Notes: a model not told the origin generated them from the sequence alone. Positions 34,650 to 45,700 are shown, counted from the stretch's first letter. The stretch: 64,000 nucleotides of DNA from an uncultured Gemmatimonadaceae bacterium (GCA_963716745.1 OY970320.1:736001-800000); one strand, 5' to 3'. Numbers and translations are program-made.

Positions 34650-37303
34650 CCGTTCCGCATCACGCCCACCGGATCGGCGCGGCTGGCCTTTCGCGCCGGC
34701 ACCCACGTGGCCACGAGCGCCGTCGTCACCAGGATCGCCGGCACCACGGTGAACGTGAGCGGATCCAGTGCCCCCACGCCGTACAGCAGCGCGCTCACCG
34801 CGCGCGTCGCGGCGATCGCGGCCGTGAGACCGATCGCCACCCCGATCGCCACGAGCCGCAGCCCGCGACGTACCACCAACCACTGCACCTGCCCCGCGCG
34901 CGCGCCCAGCGCGACTCGGATCCCCATCTCGCGCGCGCGGTCGGCCGCGAGCTGCGCCATCACGCCGTACACTCCCACCACCGAGAGCAGCAACCCCACG
35001 CCCGCGAACACGAGCAGCATCGTCGCGAGGAAACGCTGTTGCGCGACGGACTCAGCGCCGACATCGGCCATCGTACGCACGCTCGCGAGCGCGAGATTCG
35101 GATCCATTTCCCGGACGGCGCTTCGCAGCGCCGGCACGAGCGCGAACGGATCGCCGGAGGCGCGCATGATGAGCGTGGCCGTGCTCTGCGCCTCCTGCGC
35201 GAACGGCGCCAGGAATTCTTCCCGCGGTTCGGCGGCGAGTCCTTCCTGCCTCTCGCTGCCCACGACGCCCACGATCGTGCGCCATGTGGAGTTCGCATCC
35301 GGCACGCGGTCGAAGCAGACACGCACGCCGATCGGGTCGCGATCCTTGAAGTAACGCTTCGCCAGCGCCTCGTTGATGAGCAATACCAAGGGCGTGCCCT
35401 TCCGGTCCTGAGGAGTCAGCAGGCGTCCGCTCAGCAGCTTCACGCGCATCACACGTTGGTAATCCGGCGAGATCTCGCGATGCACCACGTTGGATCCGAA
35501 TCGCTCGCCGCCCGTTCCCTCCACTGAGAAATCGCTCGACCACGGCGGACTCGTCAGCGGCAACTGGGTGGTGTACGCCGTGCCCTGCACGCCCGGCATC
35601 GCGCCCATGCGCTCGCCCAGGCCATCGAGGAACCGGATCACCTTGGCCGCGCTGTCATATCGCACGCCGGGGAAATCGATCTGCGCCGTAAGCAGGCCCG
35701 CCGACTCGAAGCCCGGATCCACCTGATTCAAGTGCCAGAGACTGCGCACGAACAACCCGGCGCCCACGGTGAGCAGCAGCGCGAGCGCGACTTCGCCCGC
35801 CACGAGCACGCTCCCCCAGCGCCGCGCGCGCCCGCCGGCTGTCCCGCCGCGGCCACCCTCCTGCATCGCCTCCGCCGGCATGCGTCGCGCGCTCCACAGT
35901 GCGGGCGCGATGCCGAACAGCGCGCCGCTCACCGCGGTGATCGCGACCACGTATGCGAGCACGCCCCAACTCACCGTCACGTCGCTCACCGGCAGCAGTC
36001 CCGCTGGACGCAGTGCGAGCAGCGCGCCCGTCGCCCACCATCCGAGCACGAGCCCCGCCGCGCCGCCGAGCGCGGAGAGCACGAGACTCTCGGTGAGCGC
36101 CTGGCGAATGATTCGGCCGCGTCCCGCGCCGAGCGCAAGACGCACGGCGACTTCGCGATCGCGGCTCGCCGCGTGCGCCAGCAGGAGATTTCCCACGTTC
36201 GCGCACGCGATCAATAGGAGGAGTGCGACGGCACCCAGCAGCACCATGAGCGGCCGGCGCGTGGCGCCGATGAGCGCGTCGTGCAGCGGCGCCATGCCCG
36301 CGCCCATCTTCGCGTTGGTCGCGGGATACTCTTGCTGCAACTGTGAAACAACGGTCTGGAACGAAGCGTTCGCCGCGTCCTCGCTCACGCCGGGTTTAAG
36401 TCGCGCGACGACGTCCGCGAAATGCGCGCGCCGGAACCAAACCTGCGAGCGGTCGGGCTTGTCCCACATCATCGGACGCCACACGTCCACATTCAGGCCG
36501 GGGAACGCGAAATTCGCCGGCAGCACGCCGACGATCGTGTTCGGCCGCCCGTTGAGCATGATCGAGGTGCCCACGACGCTGGCGCGCGCGCCGAATTGTT
36601 CGCGCCACAACCGGTCGGTGATCACCGCGACGCGCGGGCCCGTGTCCCACGTCTCATCGTCGGTGAACGTACGCCCGAGCGCCGCGCGCACGCCGAGCAG
36701 CTGGAAGAAATTGCCGGTCACCGAGCCGGAGCGCAGGAGCTGCGGCGGCGCGTCGCCGGTGAGCGTGACCATCGGCGTGAACGAGAGATACGCCGCGACA
36801 TCCTGGAACGCCGTCACGCGCTCGCGCCAATCCAGATAGTTCGCGGGTGCGGTCTGCGCCTGGTGCCAGTGATACTCGTCGTTGTCCTCGCCGAGCTTCA
36901 TCAGGCGTGACGCGTCGGCGAAGGGGAGCGGGCGCAGGATCACCGCGCTCACGGCGGAGAAGATCGCGGTATTCGCGCCGATCCCGAGTGCGAGCGTGAT
37001 GATGGCCGTGGCCGCAAGCACCGGCGCTCGGCTCAGCGCGCGCAGCGCGTAGCGCGTGTCGCCGAGGAGATCCTCGACCCACCGCGCGCCGCGGCCATCG
37101 CGATGCTCTTCTTTCATCGCCTCCACGCCGCCGAAGGCGATGTGCGCGCGACGGCGCGCCTCTGCTGGCGGCAGACCTGACCTGATGTTCTTCTCCGTCT
37201 CGAACTCGAGGTGGGTGCGGATCTCCTGCTCGAGATCGCGGTCGGCGCGGCGCTTGCCGAACACCGCGCGCAGGCGCTTCCAGAATCCATTGATGGGATC
37301 CAT
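34646..37303 (-). CDS. ADOP-type ABC permease with N-terminal prefix domain
   Basis: EIRTHLE..EARRRA..FGG prefix; ALGIGANTAIFS; IACANVGNLLL; REMGIRVALGA. Confidence 0.92.
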   Translation of the reverse strand: MDPINGFWKRLRAVFGKRRADRDLEQEIRTHLEFETEKNIRSGLPPAEARRRAHIAFGGVEAMKEEHRDGRGARWVEDLLGDTRYALRALSRAPVLAATAIITLALGIGANTAIFSAVSAVILRPLPFADASRLMKLGEDNDEYHWHQAQTAPANYLDWRERVTAFQDVAAYLSFTPMVTLTGDAPPQLLRSGSVTGNFFQLLGVRAALGRTFTDDETWDTGPRVAVITDRLWREQFGARASVVGTSIMLNGRPNTIVGVLPANFAFPGLNVDVWRPMMWDKPDRSQVWFRRAHFADVVARLKPGVSEDAANASFQTVVSQLQQEYPATNAKMGAGMAPLHDALIGATRRPLMVLLGAVALLLLIACANVGNLLLAHAASRDREVAVRLALGAGRGRIIRQALTESLVLSALGGAAGLVLGWWATGALLALRPAGLLPVSDVTVSWGVLAYVVAITAVSGALFGIAPALWSARRMPAEAMQEGGRGGTAGGRARRWGSVLVAGEVALALLLTVGAGLFVRSLWHLNQVDPGFESAGLLTAQIDFPGVRYDSAAKVIRFLDGLGERMGAMPGVQGTAYTTQLPLTSPPWSSDFSVEGTGGERFGSNVVHREISPDYQRVMRVKLLSGRLLTPQDRKGTPLVLLINEALAKRYFKDRDPIGVRVCFDRVPDANSTWRTIVGVVGSERQEGLAAEPREEFLAPFAQEAQSTATLIMRASGDPFALVPALRSAVREMDPNLALASVRTMADVGAESVAQQRFLATMLLVFAGVGLLLSVVGVYGVMAQLAADRAREMGIRVALGARAGQVQWLVVRRGLRLVAIGVAIGLTAAIAATRAVSALLYGVGALDPLTFTVVPAILVTTALVATWVPARKASRADPVGVMRNG

Positions 37304-37308
37304 GAGGC

Positions 37309-37641
37309 TCACGCGGTGCCGAGGATGTGATCCACGGCCAGGACATAGCGCCGCCAACTCTCCGTCTCGGCGCCCACCGCGCGCTTGCCGCTGGCGGTGA
37401 GGCGATAGTATTTCGCGCGCCGATTGTTCTCCGTCGTGCGCCAATCACTGTCGATCCAGCCGCGCTGTTCGAGCCGCTGCAGCGCCGGATAGAGCGATCC
37501 TTGATTGACGTCGAGCACGCCACGCGAGGTCTGTTGAATGCGCTGACTGATCCCCCACCCGTGCATGGGTTCGAGGGTGAGGGTTTTCAGGATCAGGAGA
37601 TCCAGTGTGCCGCGGAGGACGTCGGAGGGGATGGGGGGCAT
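37309..37641 (-). CDS. PadR family regulator (permease-associated type)
   Basis: GTLDLLILKTL, HGWGI, QGSLYPALQRLE, RRAKYY. Confidence 0.93.
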   Translation of the reverse strand: MPPIPSDVLRGTLDLLILKTLTLEPMHGWGISQRIQQTSRGVLDVNQGSLYPALQRLEQRGWIDSDWRTTENNRRAKYYRLTASGKRAVGAETESWRRYVLAVDHILGTA

Positions 37642-37649
37642 TCTGTTCA

Positions 37650-37699
37650 TCTTCTGTTGGGAGTCTACAGAAGAGTAATTCCTTCCTGTCGGAAAGCAA
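37650..37699 (-). promoter_or_regulatory. Candidate PadR promoter/operator
   Basis: TTGCTT-16-TACTCT; inverted repeat TCTTCTGT-N9-ACAGAAGA. Confidence 0.55.
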
Positions 37700-37701
37700 G
37701 A

Positions 37702-37941
37702 GGAACTACTAACTACTGCCACCAGCGCCGTAGCGTTGCAGTCAACAGTAAACAGTCACGAGTGACTGCCAGTCTACAGTCTACAGTCAACAGCTCACAG
37801 AAAACGGCCGGAGTGCCGATCGGCTGTGCTCGCACATGGAGCGGCTTTCTGTGAACTGTTGACTGTAGACTGTAGACTGGCAGGTACTCGTGACTGTTTA
37901 CTGTTCACTGCAACGCTACCGGCACTGGTGGCAGTAGTTCC
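37702..37941. repeat. Family A hairpin with extended outer arms
   Basis: Core arms about 37737-37803 and 37846-37912; outer ACTACTGCCACCAG/CTGGTGGCAGTAGT. Confidence 0.9.
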
Positions 37942-38005
37942 CACTCGCTAGCCCTACCCGATGCACGCGAATAAACTCATAGCACCTCTCCCTCCAACGG
38001 ACCCC

Positions 38006-40226
38006 ATGCGTCGACTCCTCGCCCCCGCTCTGGCACTCGCCACCTCCCTCTCCGCCCAGGGCACGCTCACAACAGACCGTATCTTCTCCTCCCGCGAATT
38101 CGCCGCCGAGCGCTTCGGCGAAACGCGGTGGCTGGATGACAGTACCTACACCACCCTCTCCGGCTCCGATCTCGTGCGCGTCTCCGCGGCCACCGGAGCA
38201 AAGAGCGTCCTTGTCAGCGCCGCCTTCCTCACCCCAGCCGGCGCGAGCGCGCCACTGGATGTCGAAGATTACGAATGGTCCGCCGATCACACGAAACTCC
38301 TGATCTTCACCAACAGCGCCCGCGTGTGGCGTGAGAATACGCGCGGCGATTTCTGGGTACTCGATCTCGCCTCGCACCGCCTCGCCCAGCTCGGCGGGGC
38401 CGCGGCGCGCGCGAATCCCAGCACGATGCAATTCGCCAAGTTCTCGCCGGATGGGAAGAGAGTCGGTTACGTGCGCGCGCACGATCTCTACGTCGAGTCC
38501 GCCGACTCGAGCGCGATCACGCGGCTCACGAACGACGGATCCGTCACGATCATCAATGGCACGTTCGACTGGGTATACGAAGAAGAACTCGGCATGCGCG
38601 ACGGCTTCCGCTGGAGCCCCGACGGCACGCACATCGCGTATTGGCAGCTCGACGCGAGCGGCGTCCGCGATTTCCTGCTGATCAACAACACCGATTCGCT
38701 CTACTCGTTCGTGAAGCCGATCCAGTATCCGAAGGCCGGGACCACGAATTCCTCCGCGAAGCTCGGCGTCGTGAGCGCCGCGGGCGGACCCACCACCTGG
38801 ATGCAGATCCCCGGCGATCCGCGCAATAACTACATCGCGCGCATGGATTGGGCGGCGAACTCCACCGAACTCACGGTGCAGCAGCTCAACCGCCGGCAGA
38901 ACGTGAACACGCTCTGGTTCGCGACCGCCGCCACCGGCGCCGTGCGCTCGGTGCTCGTCGAGCGCGACAGCGCATGGATCGACATCTGGTCGCCGACGGA
39001 CACTCCGCTCTCCTGGTACAACAACGCGAAGTCGTTCGTGTGGCTCAGCGAGCGCGACGGCTGGCAGCATGCGTATTCCGTGGGCCGCGACGGCGCGATG
39101 AAACTCATCACGAAAGGCGCGTATGATGTGATGGGTATCGATTACATCGACACCGCCGGCGGCTGGCTCTATTTCTACGCGTCGCCCACGAACGCGACGC
39201 AGCGATTCCTCTGGCGCGCGCGACTCGACGGCACCGGCGATGCGCAGCGCCTCACGCCCGCGGGTGAACGCGGTTATCACTCGTACAACGTTGGCCCCGG
39301 CGCGCACTATGCCATTCACAGCTGGAGTCAGTGGGGCGTGCCGCCGCGCACCGAGCTCGTGCAGCTGCCGTCGCACAAGACCGTGCGCATGCTCGTCACC
39401 AACGACGCGCTCGCCGCCAAGACTCGCCGCCGTCACGAAGGGCACGCAGGAATTCTTCCAGGTGGATATCGGCGGCGGCGTGAAGCTCGACGCGTGGATG
39501 ATGAAACCGCCCGGCTTCGATCCGTCCAAGAAATATCCAATTCTCTACACGATCTACGGCGAGCCCGCCGCCCAGACAGTGCTCGATGCGTACGGCGGCG
39601 CTCGCTGGCTCTGGGATGTCATGCTCACGCAAAAGGGCTACATCGTCGCGAGCGTAGACAATCGCGGCACCCCCGCGCCCAAGGGCCGCGCGTGGCGCAA
39701 GGCCGTACTCGGCCAGATCGGCGGCCTGCGCGTGCGCGAACAGAGTGCGGCCGCGAAGATCATCGGCCGCATGCCCGGCGTGGATTCCACGCGCGTCGCC
39801 GTGTGGGGATGGAGCGGCGGCGGCTCGAGCACGCTGCTCCTCATGTTCCGCGCACCCGATGTGTACAAGGTCGGCATGGCCGTCGCGCCGGTGGCTGACG
39901 TTCACGATTACGACACGATCTATCAGGAGCGGTATGTCGGACTCCCCTCGACCGATTCCGCCGCGTATTACGACGCATCGGGCGTGAATTTCGTGAGCGG
40001 ATTGAAGGGCGATCTACTCGTCGTGCACGGGTCTGGCGATGACAACGTGCACTATCAGGGCACGGAGCAGTTGATCAATGCCCTCGTCGCCGCGGGGAAA
40101 CCGTTCACGATGATGGAATATCCGAATCGCACGCACGGCATTTACGAGGGACGCGGGACGACGCTCCACGTATACAATCTGCTCACGCGATTCCTTGAGG
40201 AGCATCTTCCGGCGGGAGGGAGATAA
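38006..40226 (+). CDS. Dipeptidyl peptidase IV (S9B) (frameshift near 39420)
   Basis: NGTFDWVYEEE, YPKAG, GWSGGG, DDNVH, HGI triad motifs. Confidence 0.92.
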
Positions 40227-40254
40227 CTCCCTACTGTCGCTTGCACGCTTCACT

Positions 40255-40432
40255 CTGCAGTCAACAGTAAACAGTCACGAGTACCTGCCAGTCGACAGTC
40301 AACAGTCAACAGGTCACAGAAAGCGGATCGCGGCGCGGGGCAGGTGTCTCGCACAACGATCCGTTTTCTGTGACCTGTGAACTGTTGACTGTCGACTGGC
40401 AGTCACTCGTGACTGTGTACTGTTGACTGCAG
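40255..40432. repeat. Family A hairpin
   Basis: CTGCAGTCAACAGTAAACAGTCACGAG...CTCGTGACTGTGTACTGTTGACTGCAG. Confidence 0.92.
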
Positions 40433-40505
40433 CTCGAAGCGCAGACAATTCTTGACAGTATCAGTCGCACAAGTCAGACTGCAATCACACCCCGCAGGAG
40501 CCCCT

Positions 40506-41463
40506 ATGTCCTCGCGCCTCTCCCTCGCCGCCCTCGCGCTCCTCAGCGCCGGTCCCGCCGCGATCAAGGAATATCCCCTTCCCCGCGCCAACGCCTTCCC
40601 TCACGACGTCGCCGTCGCGACGCGATGGCTCCGTCTACTATTCCGATCAAAGCAATAGCTTCATCGGCCATCTCGATCCGGCCACCGGCGCCGTCACCGA
40701 TATCGCGACACCCACTCCCGGCTCCGGCCCGCACGGCATCATCGTCGCGCCCGATGGCATGATCTGGTACACGGGCAACGCGCACAGCAATATCGGCCGA
40801 CTCGATCCTGCCACCGGCACGATCAAGGAATTCGCGATCCCGAGCACCGCGCGGGATCCGCATACGCCCGTCTGGCACAACGACCATCTCTGGTTCACGT
40901 CGCAGCAGTCGAATTCGTATGGTCAACTCGACCCGGCAACGGGCAGTGTGAACGTCTTCCAAATGCCGGTCGCGCACGCGCTGCCCTACGGCCTCGTGAA
41001 CGCGCCCGACGGTTCCATCTTCATGGCTGAGTTCGGCACCAATGTCATCGGCCGCATCGATCCCAAGTCCGGCACGCTCACGCAATTCACGCTGCCCGAC
41101 GGCGCTCGCCCGCGCCGCCTCGCCGTTGATTCACACGGCATCGTTTGGTATACCGACTTCGCGCGCGGATTCCTCGGCCGGCTCGATCCGGCAACGAAGC
41201 TGGTTGAGCAATTCCGCAGCCCCGGCGGCGCGCGTTCGGGTCCCTACGGCATCGCACTCGGCCCCGACGGCCGCGTCTGGTACGATGAGTCCGGCACGAG
41301 CAGTATTGTCGCCTTCGACTACGCGACGAAAGGGATGACCACGATGCCGATCCCCACGAAGGGCGCGATCGTGCGGAATATGTCGGTGGATTCCACGCGA
41401 AGTCGCGTGTGGCTCGCGCTGAGTGGCACACAGCGGATTGGGGAGATTGTGATCGCACCGTAA
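40506..41463 (+). CDS. Virginiamycin B lyase (Vgb)-like beta-propeller (frameshift near 40620)
   Basis: PHGI..APDG.IWYT..IGRLDP repeats; TTGACA-17-CAGACT upstream at 40452. Confidence 0.82.
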
Positions 41464-41503
41464 CCGCTAACTACACGGCTAGATCGCCTGCACGCTTACG
41501 ATC

Positions 41504-41680
41504 GCAGTCAACAGTAAACAGTCACGAGTGACTGCCAGTCGACAGTCAACAGTCAACAGCTCACAGAAAACGGATCGTGGCTCTGGGAAAGCTCCCGGCG
41601 CAATGATCCGTTTTCTGTGAGCTGTTGACTGTTGACTGTAGACTGCCCTGCCGTTCTTGTGACTGTTTACTGTTGACTGC
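41504..41680. repeat. Family A hairpin
   Basis: Inverted arms around ACGGATC...GATCCGT loop stem. Confidence 0.92.
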
Positions 41681-41725
41681 AATGTTAAGCATACTGGCGG
41701 CCCAGCAGTTGTTCGTAGCCGGCGT

Positions 41726-44359
41726 TCAATCCGTTCGCAGCGCCCCCACCGGATCAATCGCCGCCGCGCGCCGCGCCGGCAGCCACGCCGCGATCATCGC
41801 GACGCCGAGCAACACGACCGTCACCACCGCGAGCGACACGACCCCGTTCCCGCCGCTCGCGCCGAATATATTCCCCACCGCCCGCTGTCCGACGATCGCC
41901 ACCACGATCCCGATCGCCGCGCCGAGCATCGCATAGCGCATCCCCCGCACTACGATCTCGCGCACCACTTCTCCCCGCTGCGCGCCGAGCGCCATGCGCA
42001 CGCCGATCTCCTTGCGCCGCGCGCTCACGGTGTAGGAGAGCAGTCCGAAGATGCCGACGGCTGCGAGCACAACGGCGGCGCTGGAGAATCCGCCGAGCAA
42101 TTGCACGAGATGTCGCGGCTGCGCCACCGACCCGTACACGACGTCGCGCATCACCGCCTGCCCGTCGAGCGCCGCCGCCGGATCCAGCGCGTGCAGCACC
42201 GCGTGTGCATCCTTGATGACCGTCTGCGCATTCGCGCCCGGCTGTGCGCGCACGAATACGTTCATCACGCGGTCGACCCCCTGCGACGCCGGGTCGTACA
42301 TCGCGTCGCGCGTGTTGTCCAACCCGACGTACGGCACGTCGCCCACGATCCCGACGATCGTGGTATGCGGACACTGCACGCAACCGCCCACCACGAGCTG
42401 ACGCCCCAGCGCCGACCGTCCGGGAAAGAAGTGCTGCGCCCACGTTCGGCTCACGATCATCACCGGCGCGCCGTTGGCGCTGTCGGCCGGCCCGAAGTCG
42501 CGCCCCTCGAGGATCGTGAGGCCGAAGGTCTCCCAGTAGCCGTGCGATGCGGCGAGCTCCGGCGACGTCGGCTGCGACGTGCCCGCCGGCACGGGCGCAT
42601 CCACCAGGTCGAAATTGTCCTCATCAATGCCGTCTCCCTCCGGCGGGAGTCCGCTCGCGTAGCTCGCGTTCTCGACACCGGGGATCTCTCTCAGCGCCGG
42701 CAGCGCGCGCGCCCAGAAACGCTGGCGCGCGGAATCGTTCTGGTACGATGCCGCCGGCAGCGCGACGCGGATCGTCGCAATGCGATCGACATCGAAACCC
42801 GGCTCCATGCGCGAGAGCGAGAGGAATCCGCTCAATAACAGACCTGTGCCCGCGAGCAGCGGCAGCGCGAGCGCGAATTCCGCCACCACGAACGCGCCAC
42901 GCATTGCATGGGTACGCCGTCCGCCGCCGATCGCGCGCGCACCTCCGCCGAGCGATGCCGAGTCGCCGCGCAGCAGCATGACGATCGGATAGGCGCCGAT
43001 GATGATCCCGGCGACCACGGCCACCAACACCGCGAACAACACCGCCTGCGGATCGAGGCGCGCCTCGTTCAGCCGCGGCACGTTGGGTCCGATCCGCACC
43101 AAGAGATCCAGACCGAGCGCGCCGAGCACGATGCCGCCTGCCGCGCCGGCGAGCGCGAGCACCACACTCTCTACCACCACGAGTCGCACCAGCCGCGCCC
43201 GCGTCGCTCCCAGCACCGAGCGCAGCGAGAGTTCCGGCGCACGCGCCGTCGCGCGCACGAGCGTGAGGCTGGCGACGTTCGCCACCGCGATCAGGAGCAC
43301 CATGAGCGCCGCGCCGCCGAACAGCGCGAGCATGCGCGGCGCGTCGCGGAGCATCACCGTGCGCAGCGGAACGGGCGTGATCCTTGAGGTGTTGTCCTGA
43401 TAGCCGGCCGCCCAGATCGGGAAGATCCGCTCGCTCACCGCCGCGAAGTCGCGGCGCGCGGCGTCGAGCGTCACGCCCTCTTTGAGCCGCGCGTACACGA
43501 ACATCCCGAACGGCCCCCGCCGCTTCGGCGTCTCGAGCTGGAGCGCGGTCCACACCGGCACGGGAACGCCGGCCAACTGCAGCACATCAGCGGGCAGCAC
43601 GCCGACCACGGTGTGCGCGATGCCGTCGATCGTGACCGTGCGCCCCACCGCCGCGGCATTGCCGCCCAGTTTCTCCTGCGCGAACCTATGCGTCACGACC
43701 ACCACTGCCGGCGCGCCGACGATATCGTCACGCGGCTCGAGCGCTCGGCCGGTCGCCGTCCGCACTCCGAGGACGCGAAAGATCCCGCTCGTGGCGCGCC
43801 CGATCGTGAGATTCTTCGGCTCGTCCCCCGCCGACACTGGGGCGGAGTTCACGCGAAAGGCACCTACCGCCTGGATGGTCTGCGCCTGCGATTCGATCGC
43901 CTGATAATCCACTGTGGAGAGTCCCCAGCGGTGCTCCGGCGACGATTGCTCGAAGAGTCGCACGAGTTGTTCATCGTGCGCATACGGCAAGCCGTGGAGC
44001 ACGAGCGCGTTCACGCCGCTGAACACCGCCGTGGTCGCGCCGATCGCGAGCGCGAGAATGAGCGCAGCCGAGATCGTGTAGGCCGGGCTGCGGAGGAGCA
44101 CGCGGATCGCGTAGCGCACGTCGCGCAAGGAATCGTCGAACCAACGGGTGCCGCGCACATCGCGATGCTGCTCTTCGTATCGCGCGGTGCCGCCGAATGC
44201 GATCATCGCCTGGCGGCCGGCTTCCTCGCGCGAGAGGCCTCTCGTGCGCACGAGATCATCGGTCTCATGCTCGATGTGCGTGCGCATCTCTTGGCTCATC
44301 TCGCGATCGATCGCGCTCGCGAAGAACAGCGCACGAAGTTTCCGCAGCAACCCCCGCAT
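41726..44359 (-). CDS. ADOP-type ABC permease with N-terminal prefix domain
   Basis: EMRTHIE..FGG; ALAIGATTAVFS; IAVANVASL; KEIGVRMALGA. Confidence 0.92.
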   Translation of the reverse strand: MRGLLRKLRALFFASAIDREMSQEMRTHIEHETDDLVRTRGLSREEAGRQAMIAFGGTARYEEQHRDVRGTRWFDDSLRDVRYAIRVLLRSPAYTISAALILALAIGATTAVFSGVNALVLHGLPYAHDEQLVRLFEQSSPEHRWGLSTVDYQAIESQAQTIQAVGAFRVNSAPVSAGDEPKNLTIGRATSGIFRVLGVRTATGRALEPRDDIVGAPAVVVVTHRFAQEKLGGNAAAVGRTVTIDGIAHTVVGVLPADVLQLAGVPVPVWTALQLETPKRRGPFGMFVYARLKEGVTLDAARRDFAAVSERIFPIWAAGYQDNTSRITPVPLRTVMLRDAPRMLALFGGAALMVLLIAVANVASLTLVRATARAPELSLRSVLGATRARLVRLVVVESVVLALAGAAGGIVLGALGLDLLVRIGPNVPRLNEARLDPQAVLFAVLVAVVAGIIIGAYPIVMLLRGDSASLGGGARAIGGGRRTHAMRGAFVVAEFALALPLLAGTGLLLSGFLSLSRMEPGFDVDRIATIRVALPAASYQNDSARQRFWARALPALREIPGVENASYASGLPPEGDGIDEDNFDLVDAPVPAGTSQPTSPELAASHGYWETFGLTILEGRDFGPADSANGAPVMIVSRTWAQHFFPGRSALGRQLVVGGCVQCPHTTIVGIVGDVPYVGLDNTRDAMYDPASQGVDRVMNVFVRAQPGANAQTVIKDAHAVLHALDPAAALDGQAVMRDVVYGSVAQPRHLVQLLGGFSSAAVVLAAVGIFGLLSYTVSARRKEIGVRMALGAQRGEVVREIVVRGMRYAMLGAAIGIVVAIVGQRAVGNIFGASGGNGVVSLAVVTVVLLGVAMIAAWLPARRAAAIDPVGALRTD

Positions 44360-44688
44360 CAGACGGCCTTCAGGATCTGTTCCACCGCCGCCGAGAACAG
44401 CTTCCATTCCGCGCGCTCGGCGGCGAGTTGTCTCTTACCCTTCGGCGTGAGGGTATAGAATTTCGCGCGGCGTCCTTCCAGCGAGATCCCCCACTCGGCG
44501 GCGATCCAGCCTTTGTCTTCCAGGCGATAGAGCGCGGGATAGAGACTGCCCTGCCCGACATCCAGCACATCACGGCTCAATTGCCGCAGCCGTTTTGAGA
44601 TCGCCCAGCCATGGAGGGGGCCGAGGGCGAGGGCTTTCAGGATCAGGAGATCGAGTGTGCCTTGGAGGAGGTCTGCGCGTGGGGGCAT
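44359..44688 (-). CDS. PadR family regulator
   Basis: QGTLDLLILKAL, HGWAI, QGSLYPALYRLE. Confidence 0.93.
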   Translation of the reverse strand: MPPRADLLQGTLDLLILKALALGPLHGWAISKRLRQLSRDVLDVGQGSLYPALYRLEDKGWIAAEWGISLEGRRAKFYTLTPKGKRQLAAERAEWKLFSAAVEQILKAV

Positions 44689-44702
44689 TTTGAATCCATG
44701 GG

Positions 44703-44760
44703 TCTATTGTTATGTCGTTCGACAATAGAGTACTTACCTTGTTGTCGGATGTCAAGGTAA
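44703..44760 (-). promoter_or_regulatory. PadR promoter/operator
   Basis: TTGACA-17-TACTCT on minus strand; inverted repeats TCTATTGT-N11-ACAATAGA and TTACCTTG...CAAGGTAA. Confidence 0.65.
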
Positions 44761-44795
44761 CGGCAACGGCACGGGCCACCAGCGCACTTACTATC

Positions 44796-44972
44796 GCAGT
44801 CAACAGCAAACAGTCACGAGTGACTGCCAGTCTACAGTCAACAGTCAACAGGTCACAGAAAACGGATCGCTGCGCTGGGAAGGCTCCCAGCACATCGATC
44901 CGTTTTCTGTGAGCTGTTGACTGTTGACTGTAGACTGCCGTGCCGTTCTCGTGACTGTTTACTGTTTACTGC
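44796..44972. repeat. Family A hairpin, closest to the 41504 copy
   Basis: Shares variant right arm GACTGCC.TGCCGTTCT.GTGACTG and similar loop. Confidence 0.92.
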
Positions 44973-45016
44973 AACTCGCCCGCCCGCATGTGGTGCAGGT
45001 CGCAGTTCAGCAGTGC

Positions 45017-45676
45017 CTAGGAAACGAATTCATACGCACACCCCCGTTGCTGCACAAGCCCAATCGCCTGCGTATGCGCCGGCACGATATGTACTCCCGG
45101 ATTCAACCCAGCCACCAACTCCGCCTTCACAACATCAATCGGCTGCTTCGTATCCCCCGCCAACATCGCCGTCACACCATTCAACGCATTATTGCACTGC
45201 CAAAATATGGCCCCCCGCGCCTGCAGTGGCTTCACTCCGATCAATTTCCCGCGCGTCGTGATCCCATCCAGCCAAATATTCCGCGTCGCCCACTCATCCG
45301 TTCCCGGCTCCTTCACCGAATAGCGCTTCCCGAGCTCGTACTTCTTCCATAACGCATCCCCCGCATTGATCGCAAATCCCTTCCCCGCGATCGCGACCAC
45401 ACAATTCACATCGGGATAAGAAAGATCGAACACTTCCTTATACGCATCGAAATTGTTCGTCACCACAAGCAACGCGATATCCAACGCGCCAATATCGAAC
45501 ACCTGCTTGTGCTTTCCCGTGAGCGTATCCATCCACGACAGATCCCACTTCCCGCCCCCCGGTGCCCGCGCCGCCGTCGCCTGCCCGAACGCCTCCACCG
45601 GCTTCAGCGTCGCCGCCGCCGCGATCGCCGAGAGCGTCGCCAGGAACGACCGCCGTCCAGATCTTTCCATCATGCC
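45017..45676 (-). CDS. Tat-exported DsrE-like protein
   Basis: GRRSFL Tat motif, HKQVFD, FWQCNNAL, IVPA..QQRGCAY. Confidence 0.7.
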   Translation of the reverse strand, partial: GMMERSGRRSFLATLSAIAAAATLKPVEAFGQATAARAPGGGKWDLSWMDTLTGKHKQVFDIGALDIALLVVTNNFDAYKEVFDLSYPDVNCVVAIAGKGFAINAGDALWKKYELGKRYSVKEPGTDEWATRNIWLDGITTRGKLIGVKPLQARGAIFWQCNNALNGVTAMLAGDTKQPIDVVKAELVAGLNPGVHIVPAHTQAIGLVQQRGCAYEFVS

Positions 45677-45700
45677 ATGACCCTCGGATAGAAGACTCAC

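Noticed and set aside
37916..39529. Long antisense and alternative-frame ORFs (this one and many similar)
   Set aside because: Shadows of real genes in high-GC DNA; Arg/Ala-rich with no motifs
40506..41463. Bona fide streptogramin resistance gene
   Set aside because: Vgb-like propellers are widespread; the signal-like N-terminus and sequence alone do not support a resistance call
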